From Macrostomum lignano (taxonomy: Eukaryota): a stretch of 64,000 nt of DNA. The position numbers and the translations under genes were made by a program. The stretch is taken from the NCBI GenBank assembly GCA_002269645.1, contig NIVC01000280.1, positions 186,001 to 250,000 on the forward strand. The letters run 5' to 3'. Of the stretch, positions 12,001-27,000 are shown piece by piece. The notes beneath the pieces are model-generated. The model was not told the DNA's origin and searched no databases. It saw only the letters and a program-made list of their open reading frames with translations. Within the stretch, counting starts at the first letter, position 1; each line of letters begins with the position of its first letter.

Positions 12001-15000
12001 CACAATGCGTGAATGCGGTGATTGACTGCTCGATACACTTAAAGAATACAGACAGAGGACCAATGACCAAGAAGCAGTGATCAATGACTAATTACTGAAA
12101 ACTTATGACAAAGAATTTACTTTAAAAAATAAAGATTGAATGAACAATGACCAATGACCAAGAAGCAATTACATATGACTAAAAAACAAGATTCGATAAC
12201 CAATAAATAAGAATCAATGAGCAATGAAGGAGAATCAATGACCGATGAACGAGAATCAATGAACAATGAACGAGAATCAATGAGCAATGAACGAGAATCA
12301 ATGACCAATGAACGAGAATCAATGAGCAATGAACGAGAATCAATGACCAATGAACGAGAATCAATGAGCAATGAACGAGAGTCAATGACCAATGAACGAG
12401 AATTAATGACCAATGAACGAGAATCAATGACCGATGAACGAGAATCAATGAGCAATGAACGAGAATCAATGAGCAATGAACGAGAATCAATGACCAATGA
12501 ACGAGAATCAATGAGCAATGAACGAGAATCAATGACCAATGAACGAGAATCAATGAGCAATGAACGAGAGTCAATGACCAATGAACGAGAATTAATGACC
12601 AATGAACGAGAATCAATGACCGATGAACGAGAGTCAATGACCGATGAACGAGAGTCAATGACCAATGAACGAGAATCAATGAGCAGTGAACGAGAATCAA
12701 TGAGCAGTGAACGAGAATCAATGACCGATGAACGAGAATCAATGAGCAATGAACGAGAATCAATGAGCAGTGAACGAGAATCAATGAGCAGTGAACGAGA
12801 ATCAATGAGCAATGAACGAGAATCAATGAGCAGTGAACGATAATCAATGACCGATGAACGAGAATCAATGAGCAATGAACGAGAATCAATGAGCAGTGAA
12901 CGAGAATCAATGACCGATGAACGAGAATCAATGACCGGTGAACGAGAATCAATGAGCAATGAACGAGAATCAATGACCAATAACAACCAGAGACCAGCAA
13001 ACAATGGCCAGCTCCACAGATCGGCCACAATAACTGAGCACACGCGTACAGCGCAGGGCAGCCCAAAACCTGACATGGTGAGCTGAGCAGGGCGGACTCA
13101 CCGGACAGCACGAAGCTGCTAATTGCGCCCAGGGCGTTCTTTGATTTTCGCCGGCCAACGGAGAACAAAGGCGCCGACGCCTGTCTGGAGTACTGCTTGT
13201 CCTTTGGCACGTCTGCAGGCGGGCGCGAGGCGCGAAATTCAATCGGTTAGTCACAGTTCGAATCAGTTTAACAAATAAATGTTTCTTGTTTTAATTTCAA
13301 CAGCTAAACTACCTCACGCTAGCGCTATACACTGTGCAATGTCATTAATACCTTAATTAAACATTTGATAAGTCCTGTCGATAATATTTCATAATATCTT
13401 GATTGCTGTGGCATGAGTGAATTTCAGTGCACTATGCATATAAAGTAGATAATATGTCCCATCAGATTGTCATGAGTAGTCAAGTTGGGACATACCGTGG
13501 ATAGGGCAGAATTTTTTCTCCAACTGATAAAATAAAAAAGCGTTTCTCCCTTGCCCTCCTTACGAAAAAATTCTGCATCAAGGAAGTGTCACACCGGGAG
13601 GATAATAAAAGTACAACCCGATTCTAATCCCGCTCCCCGCAGTCCTACTCAACATGGGGGATTTGGGAAGGGTTGAGATAGCGCGGCTTGGGAGAGGAGG
13701 CGGAATGGGATGGAAGGGGAAGGGAAAAGGCGAGGCAGCTGAGCTGAGCTGCTCGAGCGAGCCTCACAGCGCGACCTGGGAAGACCGGGAGACCGGAGGA
13801 GAGGGTGGGGAGGCGGGGCGGGAAGAGAGACGAACCGCTCCGCGATCCCCGCTTAGGTTTCCAATCAAATTTACGGGCGAGTTCGCACTAAAATACACTC
13901 ATAAAGTTCCTGCAAACGACGTGGAAAAATAACGGGCTGTAGCACACGCAGTCTGAAGCCAGCACGGGGTTGATCACTTCAAACGGGAGGGGGGCGCCTC
14001 TCTGAAAGAGGGCGGTTTCGCATTCGGTTCCATGATGACTCACGAGAGTTCGTGTATAATGCTGATAAAAACTGAAATTCAAGGCCTCTCCAAGTGTTAA
14101 TAGAGGTTTTCTCACTCTGGTATTCAGGGTTTGAGGGTCACTCAGTATTAAAAACAATAACAATTACTCGTACGAATGCTTAAATAATCGGGGATTTCTT
14201 GTAAATGAGAATTCGTTCCGGCCAACCGGTGGATTAGCTGAGCACTGCATATCAGAAACCAAATCAAGGAGCAAAAGTCAAACCAAAAACAAACAAACAA
14301 ACAAATCGATGGAGGCGGGGGATGCAGATGCAAATGATGGGGGGCAGGTTTCCAGAAACCTCCGACTTCGCTGGGCAAATCGCAGGAGCTTGACTGATGC
14401 GGTTGCTCCGGGTGTTGCTGCTGCAGGCTGGCAAGCAGCAGCCGGTTGTAGGCCATGAGCGGCATTTGCCTGCTCAGCCTGCTGCGAGGCGGCAGCTCGG
14501 ATGAGTTCATGATGAGCTCAGATGGATTTGGCAGCACGCCGAGCGACCAGGACACTAATGTTATATGGAATGCCCGAGTCTTCATTCATTTGGATCAATT
14601 AGTTTCGCATGGCTTGGGAAAAGCCAGCTTGTGTAGATTAATAATCAAATAATTCAAATTTAACCCCTGCCAGAATATTGTCTCTATTTACAGACGCAAG
14701 TATAAACACATGTCAAAAGAAGCTAGTTATCGTTAGAACCAATGGAATTAATAAAGTAATTAGGAAAACTTGTTTGCCATTTTTCAGTTAAATTTCTTTT
14801 CATTTACAAGCAGATTATTAGTATAATAATAATAATAGGCATAGTAAGTTGAAATAACGCTGACCACATGCCATAATAGTTAGCTAAGTATGAATCTAAA
14901 TATACTAAATATTGTGCTAAATAGGCTGTACAGGGAAAGTTAGCAAGACTGCTCCGAACATTTTGCTATTACTAATAATAGCAAAGAAACAATGGTCTAT

Positions 15001-18000
15001 TTCTATGTCTGCAGTTTAAAGCACAGTTCGGGGAATAACTGACAAATAATATTCAAATGCATTGCGCTATGAATTTTGATAGTCTTTCACTCTGCTGCTA
15101 CAATTGAAATCAGATCGAAGGCCTAATTTTGTCACTGCATGTAAATTCCAAATGGCTGAGAGCTATGCTAACATAATTAAGTTGAGATACAGGTGGATAG
15201 AACAAGATGGAGAAAGACAGATAGAGATGGACAGCCGGTCAAGCGGAATAATTAATAAGCAGCAACAAAAGTACACCGACAATAAGAGGAAGCGACACGG
15301 AAGCTGAGATTAAATATTCTGTCAAGTAAAAAAGTTAATTAAAAAGCGTCTCGTAAAGAAAAGCTGAATATTGAATATAATCATAGTAATAAATTATGGA
15401 GAAAAAGGACCAGCGGGCGTACCTGCTAGAGAGTCCGACGAGACGTTTGGAATAAAAACAAAAGTGAGAGAAGCGGGTGTCTTTTTAAAGCGGAACCAAA
15501 AATACGAGCAATGTTCTGTGAAGCCAGCTAGAACATTTAAGAAAAATTTCCTACAAATACGAGCATATAGTAATTCGATAAATAAACCAATTCACATTCA
15601 CTTGAACTGATAAGAGAGTACGAGTAGCTATCATCATGCAAAAATGAGCTACATACAAAAAGCTGTAAAATAATAAAAATTACAGGCTCGGCTTTATTTA
15701 ATTTTACCGATGTAAAATCGAAGATTTATGAAATCGTTGCCTCAATTAGCCTCCAGGGCTCTGCTTAATGACTTGGAACGACCAACCCGCTGTTCCCTTC
15801 CCCGCTGGTCAAACCAACATTTCCAGCAATATTGCAGATGCAACATGGCATTTTTTGCGCGCAATGCAGTCAAAGTTGACGCAATCAGTTTTAAAGTGCG
15901 GGTCACGTTCGTCTAAATTAAACTAGTAGCTAAGTCTATGGATTCAAAGGTATTCCTAATTAATGAAATTTTCTTGTATAGACAACTACTCGTAAAAAAG
16001 AAAATTGGAGAGCTCTCAAACAAAAACAGAGATTAGCCCGAAAAAAGCTGCTAAGTTCAAGGACGGAGGGGTGGGTAGGAGTGAAACAGGCGCGCGAGGG
16101 GAGTAGAGGAGGGAGGTGCGGTGCACACGCGCGCTTTTAATGCTCATCGGGCAAGATAGCTACTGTAAAACTCTCCCGAGGCGCCGCCAACTAACTGGAT
16201 GGATGTGGGCTGGTCAGGTCGATGGTAAAAAAAGTGGCCTCTCTGGATAAAACGGTTACTCGGTAGCATACTCTTCGTCTTATTAATTATTTTGCCAAAT
16301 TTTCAAAGCAATATTTCAGGTGTATAAGATTGTAAACCAGACTTTGACTAGTATGCCTTGTCTGCCTCTTGTGGGAAGACCGCCTTGACATTGTCTACGA
16401 GAGTCCGAGAGTTATCTAAGGATTCCTCAAGATGTTTTGGACAACCCACCTCCGCCTTGCCTTTCTGGCCCATCGAGAGTGAAAATTATTTAATAATGTA
16501 CATTTATTCATACATGCGCGGCAATTTCTCTCCAATTCTAGCCTTCTCAGTACACTTGCCTTGCCCTTCCGCTCTGTCTGCCCTATTTCTGCACATTTTT
16601 AAAGTTTCCTTATCAGCAGTCTGGGCCACTTCTCTCTCAATTCTATCCATATGTACACTAACCTCACGCCTTGCCCTTCTGCCCTAGTGTACATTTTAAG
16701 GTTTCCTTATCAGCAGTCTGGGCCACTTCTCTCTCAATCCTATCCATATGTACACTAACCTCACGCCTTGCCCTTCTGCCCTAGTGTACATTTTAAGGTT
16801 TCCTTATCAGCAGTCTGGGCCACTTCTCTCTCAATTCTATCCATATGTACACTAACCTCACGCCTTGCCCTTCTGCCCTAGTGTACATTTTAAGGTTTCC
16901 TTATCAGCAGTCTGGGTCACTTCTCTCTCCGATCCTACCCCTACATGTATATACACCAACCTCACGCCTAGCCTTTCTGCTCGTTTTCTGCCTTAGTGTA
17001 CATTTCGAAAGTTTCTAATCAGCAATCAGCAGTTTCTTATCAGCAGTCTGCAGACTTTCTATTAAATCTATAAATCGTTGTATGTTTGTATGCACACTCC
17101 TGATCGGACTATAGCCTAAATATATAGTGAAGTAAACAATAGTACACTGTCAAGCAAGGGAAACTTAAAATAATAATTCGATTCTAAAACATCACGCAAA
17201 TACAAGAGCAGTATAAATTCTGAGCACTTCAAACATATTGTGTGGGAAAATTGAGTTGGGATCAAATCTATAATCATATCGTATGGACTCCAGCTCCAGA
17301 GAGCCGTACATATTTAGCCTTGGTCCCAGGCGACTCGAAAAAATGAAACAGTGTGCTTTCGCTTTTTGAAATTATTCATAGTTTGAGTTCGTTATCAAAA
17401 ATTTCTAAACTCAAAAAATATCTCGACGACAATCATGCGACAATGACGATACTCGTTGAATGCTAATTTTTATATCCATATCAAAATTCTACCAGCTTCA
17501 ATTTACCAGTAATCAAAAATGAAACCCTGCTGTTTTTGCATATGGAACATAAAATGACAAACAGAGAAATAAATAAGCCGAGCCATTATTGGAATTCGTG
17601 AGCACTATTTTAGACGAAGGATGAAACCGAGTGGAACCAAAAAGTTGATAAAAATATTGATAATAAATCTGCACACGGAGCATAGGCGAGGCTGTCAATA
17701 ATAAAGAACCGATCAGCCGCTTTCTCTTTCCCGCAGTGGCGGTTTTGGAAATTCGGGTTTGGGATTGGTGTTTGTGCGGGATGGCGGCGGACGGCGGTCT
17801 GAGCGGCCATGCGAGCCAAAAAAATAGAAAGAAGAGAATACGAAGCCATGCAATGCGGCGGAGGACTTACACACGTGGGGCCACAGCGGCAGCAGCAGCT
17901 GCTTTGTCTGAATTGAGTCTGCATTCATGAGCAGGGGAAGCAGAGTGTAACAATGAGGCATATAGAGCAGGCTTGTCTCGAATTATAATCCTTTATATAT

Positions 18001-21000
18001 ATCGAACGCGAGTCGTGCAACTGATTAAGCAAAAATAGCGATTTTAAATTAATGAAAACTAGCACGCAGTTGAATTAATAAGAAAGTGCCACAAGTGGCC
18101 GAATACCAATGGCTGAGCGTGATCTCAAATGCAAGCCACGCGCTGAACAAACTTAGGCCGTCGGTTGCGGCTCCAATTTTGGAATTGCTATTCATTTCAT
18201 TGTGAGACTTTCAGTCAGGTGCTGCTACTTGCAGGTGAGATCAATCAATTAATTGCCTGTAGACACTGAAGTTTACGATTACTTTTAAAAACAGAACTGC
18301 ATAAATTTGACAGTAAAACTGTCAAAAGCGCCCCAGGAACTTTTTCTACTGCTGCACTTCTTCGTGACTTGAAGCTTGCAGCAGATGTGTCGAGTACGAT
18401 TCACAAAGAGACTCACGGGACATGTAAACTATGATATAAAAATTACCTGTAGACTGTGCCATATGACGTAGTGTAACTGTTGATTGTATGCTTCACTATC
18501 GCATGTAATATTAGATAAACAACAATGCCGTGTACTGTTAGTATGTACAAGCCAACCCTCCGCAGCTGACAATCGTTTCAGAACAAGGAGAGCTGCCAGC
18601 TGCTGTTTGAGAAACAACGGGCAAATCGGCACACAGTGCGGCAAATACAACAGAAATTTTGCCAGCAATTGAGAAAGAGCGAGGTAGAGAAAGCTTACAG
18701 TTTAAACCCCCGGGACAGAGGCACAAAGACCTACGATCAGACTGTGGAACCGAGACAATCACGCTTGCGTAAGACTCTGTAGCTAAAAAAGCACACGCGT
18801 GCAAAACTGTCAAGATCGAACTCGTGTGTGCAATGGCGGAGTGGAGTGCACGGTAGCGAATAGCAGGTGTGTGTGAGTGCGGCAGCGGGTCCCGTGAGGC
18901 AACACAGGTGCACGCCTTATTACTTAGACATAGGAGCTTGGCCAGCCAACCACGTTGTGCGGCTAACGCTTGAATTCTCTACGGACAAATTTATATCCCA
19001 TTGAGAACTTTTAGCATTTAATTACTAATGGGTCTAAGGTGGCTGGCCGTGAAACAGCGCCTCATCACGGCTGGTGGTTGCTGAGTAACGCAGCCAACCG
19101 CTGCTGCGGCTGCTGCGGCTGCAGCCTCATCGACTAGCGTCATCAGCAGGTGCTCCTGCCGGTCCTGCTGCTGATGCTGCTGCTGCGGTTCCTGATCGAA
19201 ATTTTCCTCTGCGATAATAGTGTAGCAATTTTTATTGTATTCAATCGCATCAGACTTCTATCCGTGAACGGTCAGAGACGTAGACCAACAGTCTAGACTG
19301 TGGAAATGGGGGAGCGGAGCTTATGCTTCTATTACGCGAAAGGCCTTGTTGTGTGCTGTCTGAAGATAAGGAATTCCGGGCCGCTGTACACCCTGCGTGA
19401 GCGTATGTCTGTTGGAGAATTTTGCAAAGTGGGCCTGCCGCTCCAGTCCTTGGGACTCCCTGCTTAAACTGCCAATGAATTTATTGAAGAATGGCTACTG
19501 TAGTGAGTTTCGCTGCAACTGTGAAGAAACTGAAAACGAAAAACTCAACCCTCTTTGTGAAAACGGATAACAGTTACAAATAAAATTAAAAACAAGACTT
19601 GTTGTACAACACGTTGAAAACAAGCGGGTTCGCTGCTTCAGCCAAGTGCTCTCCCAGTCAGCCCACTCACTATTGAAGCGGATTTTTCGAGAACTTAAAG
19701 TAACAAAAACAGTCACGAAATCCTTGGTTCAACTAGGTCCAGCAGTCTAACTAGACGATTTTTAAAAAACCAAAGCTTCGAAGCCCGCGTGCAATTCCCA
19801 AGGACAGGACAGGACAAAGACTTGTGCAGAACAGACGGACTGATTCGCAGGCACGTATAGTAGTAGGATGAACAGATGCAACATTAGAAAATATTTCTCA
19901 TAATAATAATTAATAATAATAAACAAATAATTAAAAATAAACAGAAGCAGTCCATTCACCGGCAACAGAAACGCAAATATGCTAGATAAGTCGTCAGGTT
20001 ATCAGAGCCCCCACCCCCGCAACCAGTGCTCTCCTCACCTTTGTGCCCTGCGGCGGTTGCTTTGCCTGGCCGGCTGAGCAGGTGCATCGGCACTGAGCAG
20101 GCGCGTCTGTAGGGCGGCTTCACGAATGCCGAGGAGCTCACAGAACGGACGCTGTCAGTGCGTGCCACGGCGAATCTGGCCCGGTTGTACTTGCGCATGA
20201 ACGCCTCCGAGTCCCGGTTGCTGTTGCCTGATATGTCTGCGGGGCGGGGGAGGCTCTCTGTCCGCACAGCTCAACTCTCCTCCCTCTATACTCCCTTCAC
20301 CTCTACCCTCCCTTCACCTCTACCCTCCCTTCACCTCTACCCTCCCTTCACCTCTACCCTCCCTTCACCTCTACACTCCCTTCACCTCTACCCTCCCTTC
20401 ACCTCTACCCTCCCTTCACCTCTACCCTCCCTTCACCTACCCTGATACCCTCCACCTCCAGCCCTCACCAGTAGCGCAGGTGATATCGCCCCGGCTCTCC
20501 AAGTCGAGCTGGGCCTCCAGCGACAGGGCGTCAAATCGCGCCATGAAAAAATCCCAAGTCAAGACCGGAGCGTCCTTCAAAGCGCAGCTCAGTTGGTATA
20601 TTCGCTGCAGTATCAGTGTGCGATCGTTAATAACGGAGTCGAACTGGGCCTCCAAACACTGGATCATACACCTGAGCGAGCTCTGCTTCACGGTCTCCAG
20701 GTAAAGCTGCGCTCGCTGCGCCACGGCTGTATTAATGTCATCAAGAGAGCCGATCAGATTGCTGAACGCGTGGGCCAGCGACGTCACGACTATGTAGGAG
20801 GCCTTCGGGCAATCCGATGACATCTCCCGGCAGATCACGGTCACCTGGGATGCGAGATTTGAGTGCAATAAGCGATTGAACAGGTTTGAACTATTATTTA
20901 TGTTTATACGGATACGTGTAGGGTAGGTGATAGTAAAGACTTGGTATAAGAAATGTGAATATTGAACATTTCTACATTTACACTTGAAGATCAAGGCAAA

Positions 21001-24000
21001 AGAAATCAAAGAGGCACAGATCAGAGAGGCACAGATCAGAGAGGCACAGATCAGAGAGGCACAGATCATAGAGGCACAGATCATAGAGGCACAGATCAGA
21101 GAGGCACAGATCAGAGAGGCACAGATCAGAGAGGCTCAGATCAGAGAGGTACAGATCATAGAGGCACAGGTCAGAGAGGCACAGATCAGAGAGGCACAGA
21201 TCAGAGAGGCACAGATCAGAGAGGCACAGATCAGAGAGGCACAGATCAGAGAGGCACAGATCAGAGAGGCACAGATCAGAGAGGCTCAGATCAGAGAGGT
21301 ACAGATCATAGAGGCACAGGTCAGAGAGGCACAGATCAGAGAGGCACAGATCAGAGAGGCACAGATCAGAGAGGCACAGATCAGAGAGGCACAGATCAGA
21401 GGCACAGATCAGAGAGGCACAGATCAGAGAGGCACAGGTCAGAGAGGCACAGATCAGAGGCACAGATCATAGAGGCACAGGTCAGAGAGGCACAGATCAG
21501 AGAGGCACAGATCAGAGAGGCACAGATCAGAGAGGCACAGATCAGAGAGGCACAGATCAGAGAGGCACAGATCAGAGGCACAGATCAGAGAGGCACAGAT
21601 CAGAGAGGCACAGATCAGAGAGGCACAGATCAGAGAGGCACAGATCAGAGAGGCACAGGTCAGAGAGGCACAGGTCAGAGAATGAGGGAGAGATCAGATT
21701 GAGAAAAAAAGCAATCGTGATTTTGCATAAAAATTATCACGAATTTTCCTGCCCTAAAAGCACCAAGCAACCAGTCAAATATCAACCCCATCCCAATATC
21801 CAGCGAGAGAGCATCAGGCACCTTCTCAACCGCATCAAAGCGGGTGCGCCAGCTGTCGCTGGTGAACTCCCGCTCCAGGATGGACCAGAACACCTCGGCG
21901 CCAGAGTGCAGCGCCAGGCAGTGCAGCAGCAGCGACACCAGACCGCCAGCCAGCGCCGAGTTCTCCGCCTTCAGCAGCTTCCACAGCCTGTGTTGGCACC
22001 CGGGGGAGGGCAGGTTCAGTCGGGAACCAATTGCTCTTTGTCCATAATAATAATCAATAAAAATTACGGATATACTCACGTGGGAATAAACTGGTACTTC
22101 AATACAAACTGCACGAAGTCTTTGTTCTCCTCTTGAGCTTTGTAGAGCGCGTGGCAGTGAAGACAGAGGTAGCTGAGAGAGGACAGAATACTCAGCGTCA
22201 CCTCCATGTCCGTGTGCGACTCGAGTTCCTGAATTTAGCAGTTCAGAAACCAGTGTCAGATACTTTTTGTTTTATAAAATTCGCACGGCCAATTTGGACC
22301 CCGATTCGTGACCGTAGTTAAACTTGATTAACGACCTTGGTTGACCTCGATTCCCTGACCTTAGTTAACCTCAATCTATGACGATAGCTGACCTCAATTC
22401 CCAACGACTATATATAGATTTGCAGCCAGGCAGCTCACCTTGAGCAGAGCCCGAACCAGACGCAGGTGCACAGCCAGATGAGCATCGGCAAACGCGGGCT
22501 CCTGCTGGTCATCGGCCGAGCCCGATGGCTCATCGTCAGCCTTGGTTTCGTCCTCCTCCGGCAGGCAGTTCTCGTCCATAGGGAAGGCCTCCCAGCTAGG
22601 CGGGGCCGCCCCGCCGCTGCCGGCTCCCCGGCCGCTGCCGGCGGAAGTCGAAGCCGCCGACGTCGATGCGGCGGCGCCGCCGCTACCAGAAGCTCCGCCA
22701 GGCGCCGACGCCGATGTCAGCACTGTCACTGAGGCTTCAACAGCTGTCTCGGCCGGCGCCTGCGACTGCGAAGTTTTCGACGAGCGTCGATCGTCCGACG
22801 TACCCGACGCCTGCGACGTCGGCGGCTGCTGTGGCGTCACCTCGGGCAGGTCCTTCACGGGCAGCCGCTTGGGCTTGGCCGGAGCGATGAACTTCAGCAC
22901 GCAGGCGGCATACTGGTGCCACTGGCGGCACTCGCGGCAGAACTGGCAGTCCACAGCGGCGGAGTCGTTCCGGCAGCTGTGCTTTCCGTCCCAGACTCCG
23001 CTCAGCATCAGTAGCAGCAGCCCCATCAACTGCTTGGAGGTCTCGTTATTGAGATCCCAGCCGCGCGACGGCGGGCACTCGAGCACGGTTGGCAAGTCGC
23101 GCTCGTCGACCAGGTGCTGAAGGCTGATTCGCAGCATCTCGATGAAGCACGGCAGAGCCCGGTAGCCGGCCGAGGAGGCCGAGGCGGTGGCGGCCCCGGG
23201 GAGTGGCGCTGAGGTCTGGCTGCTGGCGCTGCCGCCGGTCGCGCCGGCCGCCGCATCATCCGGCCGGGTGTTCACGTCGCGATCTTCGTCCAGCTCGGCG
23301 GCGGCCGCAACAGCGGCAGCGGCAGCGGCGCCAGGATTCAGTAGAGACTCGACTCCCTTGCGGAACATCGGCAACAGCTCCAAGATTTGGATCGGGACGC
23401 GAAGGTCCGTCAGGATGCGCAGCCAGGAGAGCACCTGAGAGGCAGAGGCAGAGATGAAGAATGAAATTATGACTTTTCTGCGATTTGGGATCAGGATGTA
23501 CGATGGGATTTGGGATCAGGATGTCCGATGGAGATTCGGGATCAGGATGTCCGATGGAGATTCGGGATCAGGATGTCCGATGGAGATTCGGGATCAGGAT
23601 GTCCGATGGAGATTCGGGATCAGGATGTCCGATGGAGATTCGGGATCAGGATGTCCGATGGAGATTCGGGATCAGGATGTCCTAAGGGATTTGGGATCAG
23701 GATGTCCGAAGGGATTCGGGATCAGGATGTCCGATAGAGATTCGGGATCAGGATGTCCGATGGGATTTGGGATCAGGATGTCCGATGGGATTCGGGATCA
23801 GGATGTCCTAAGGGATTTGGGATCAGGATGTCCGAAGGGATTTGGGATCAGGATGTCCGAAGGGATTTGGGATCAGGATGTCCGATAGAGATTCGGGATC
23901 AGGATGTCCGATGGAATTTGGAATCAGGATGTCTAATTGGGATCGCAAACGGGGAATAGAGCATTAGCAGCTAAGATTTGCACCTGATCTTGCACCGCCA

Positions 24001-27000
24001 CGGTGGTCTGATCGAACCGCTCGGCCGCAAAGTTGAACAGCTTAGAGGCCATGCAGGGGAACGGGCCGCTGTGCAGGTCGTACAGCTTGCGCATCACCAT
24101 GCTGAGGCGGGGCAGCTCTTCGGGCGGCACTTCGGTGCGAATGGCCTCGAGCCAGAACGGCATTGTGTAGTTCCACACATCGAAAGTGATGATGCAATCG
24201 TATTGAACCAGGCTGAGCAGCCGGCCGAGGCCCTCCTGGATGATGTCGGTGCGGCTGCTGCTTAGGTTCCTGAAAGGTGGCGTGACGGCTTGATAGTAAC
24301 AGACTTGACTCGTGAGCAGCTTTTTGAGACACTCGACAATCCAAAAGACTCGGGAGATACAGCTGCGTCTCAAAAGAAGCTCAAAATGGCTCGAAAAGTG
24401 CTTGTGGTAAGCTCAGATACGGCTTAAGTCAGCATACTTTAATCTGCCAGACTTTTACTTCCATCTGAGCTGCATGGAGGTGGGGTGGCTGCATGGAGGT
24501 GGGGTGGCTGCATGGAGGTGGGGTGGGTGCATGGAGGTGGGGTGGGTGCATGGAGGTGGGGTGGCTGCATGGAGGTGGGGTGGCTGCATGGAGGTGGGGT
24601 GGCTGCATGGAGGTGGGGTGGCTGCATGGAGGTGGGGTGGCTGCATGGAGGTGGGGTGGCTGCATGGAGGTGGGGTGGCTGCATGGAGGTGGGTTGAGCG
24701 CATAGAAGTGGAGTGGATTCTTAAAGCAATAGGAAACAGTAATTACAGACCCAAACCCACCAGTAGCCTCCAACTCTGGCATAATCTGGCGGATGAGGCA
24801 GTAGTACCGACAGTACAATCTCCAGGTGCAGACGGTACACCTCATTGAGCCACTTGGTGACGTACTGAAAGAGGATAAAAATGACCTGCCTTGCTTGCGA
24901 AGAAAACTTTTTGTACGGAGTTTAAAAATGGATTTTTGCGTTCGATTTAACTATAGCTAAAGTAGTTATTCTGCCGTTTACGGACACACATATCTCACTT
25001 CAGGGAAACTCTAAGAAGGCACTGACACCTCACAGGAAGGCACTGATACACCATAGGAAGGCACTGATTCTCTAGGAAGGCACTGACACCTCACAGGAAG
25101 GCACTGATACACCATAGGAAGGCACTGATTCTCTAGGAAGGCACTGACACCTCACAGGAAGGCACTGATACACCATAGGAAGGCACTGATTCTCTAGGAA
25201 GGCACTGATACCCCAGGAAATTACTGATACCCCAGGAAGGCACTGATTCTCTAGGAAGGCACTGATACCCCAGGAAATTACTGATACGCCAGGAAGGCAC
25301 TGATTCTCTAGGAAGGCACTGATACCCCAGGAAATTACTGATACGCCAGGAAGGCACTGATTCTCTAGGAAGGCACTGATACCCCAGGAAATTACTGATA
25401 CCCCAGGAAGGCACTGATTCTCTAGGAAGGCACTGATACCCCAGGAAATTACTGATACCCCAGGAAGGCACTGATTCTCTAGGAAGGCACTGATACCCCA
25501 GGAAATTACTGATACCCCAGGAAGGCACTGATTCTCTAGGAAGGCACTGATACCCCAGGAAATTACTGATACCCCAGGAAGGCACTGATTCTCTAGGAAG
25601 GCACTGATACCCCAGGAAATTACTGATACCCCAGGAAGGCACTGATTCTCTAGGAAGGCACTGATACCCCAGGAAATTACTGATACCCCAGGAAGGCACT
25701 GATTCTCTAGGAAGGCACTGATTCTCTAGGAAGGCACTGATTCTCTAGGAAGGCACTGATTCTCTAGGAAGGCACTGATTCTCTAGGAAGGCACTGATTC
25801 TCTAGGAAGGCACTGATAACCCAGGAAATTACTGATACCCCAGGAAGGCACTGATTCTCTAGGAAGGGCACTGATACCCCAGGAAAGTACTGATACCCTA
25901 GGAAGTCACTGATTCTATAGGAAGTCACTATGACACCCTAGGAAGTCACTGTGGCACCCTAGGAAGTCACTATGACACCCTAGGAAGTCACTGCGACACG
26001 CAAGGACGGTCAAATGAAGACCCACCTCGCTCTTGATGCTCTCAAGCGTGTCCTGCAGCCGGTCTGAAAAACGTTTAAAAAGGATAAGAGTGTTAGGGCG
26101 CACTGATGTCGCAGCTCGGTAAACTTGTAAGAAATTGCTGAAGCACAGTTCTGTGGCAATGTTGCGCACAATTAAGTAGCAAAGCTCGGCTTGAACTGGT
26201 CTATGAAAACTGCGAACAAGTTGGTAACTAGAGATCTGTTGCTGCAAAAATATTTTAGCTTACATGTATGATACAATGATTATTAACGTAAGGCCAGAAG
26301 CTGACAAAATAGTCTGAACGCGCACAATAGCCTGATGATGCCAGTAAGCGGTGTGTATGCAGCTTCGCGATATGCTGATTAAAAAGCAATTGGGGTTATT
26401 TGCTTGCATGTGAAGCCAGTGGGAAAGAACACGGATCGGGATTAAACAAACTCTCAGCCGGCAGCATCTCGCAGTCATACGGTTGCAACTTTGCGTCAAA
26501 TAATATCGGTATTCAAATTTAAAAAACTGATTTTTCTACCTCAGCAATGTCAGTAGTTGCTCTGGTGTAAACCGTATACAAAAATATCGCATACAGAGTA
26601 CAAAAAACAAACGTATTAGTTGCATAATATGATTTTTTAATTCACTAGTACAAAGCAAACACATTTAGGCGACTCTTGTAGTTAATTGGCAACGGCGCGG
26701 CCCATTTCTTGGTGCACAGCAACTATATTATTGGCTTATTGGCGCTTGTCAATTCTTGCTGCAAGGTTTGTACAAAGCGGATCAGGGGAACTTGCCTCTG
26801 CTGCCGATGCGCGACCACAGGTTAAGAAAGCTTACAATCTGCTCTGCAATCTGAGTGACTTAGCTCTGCAATCTGAGTGACTCTGCTCTGCAATCTGAGT
26901 GACTCTGCTCTACAATCTGAGTGACTTAGCTCTGCAATCTGAGTGACTTAGCTCTGCAATCTGAGTGACTCTGCTCTGCAATCTGAGTGACTCTGCTCTG

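Noticed and set aside
12117-13076. Long repetitive ORFs (IDSRSLL / NERESM repeats)
   Set aside because: 21-bp minisatellite open in several frames on both strands; lies inside intron 16.
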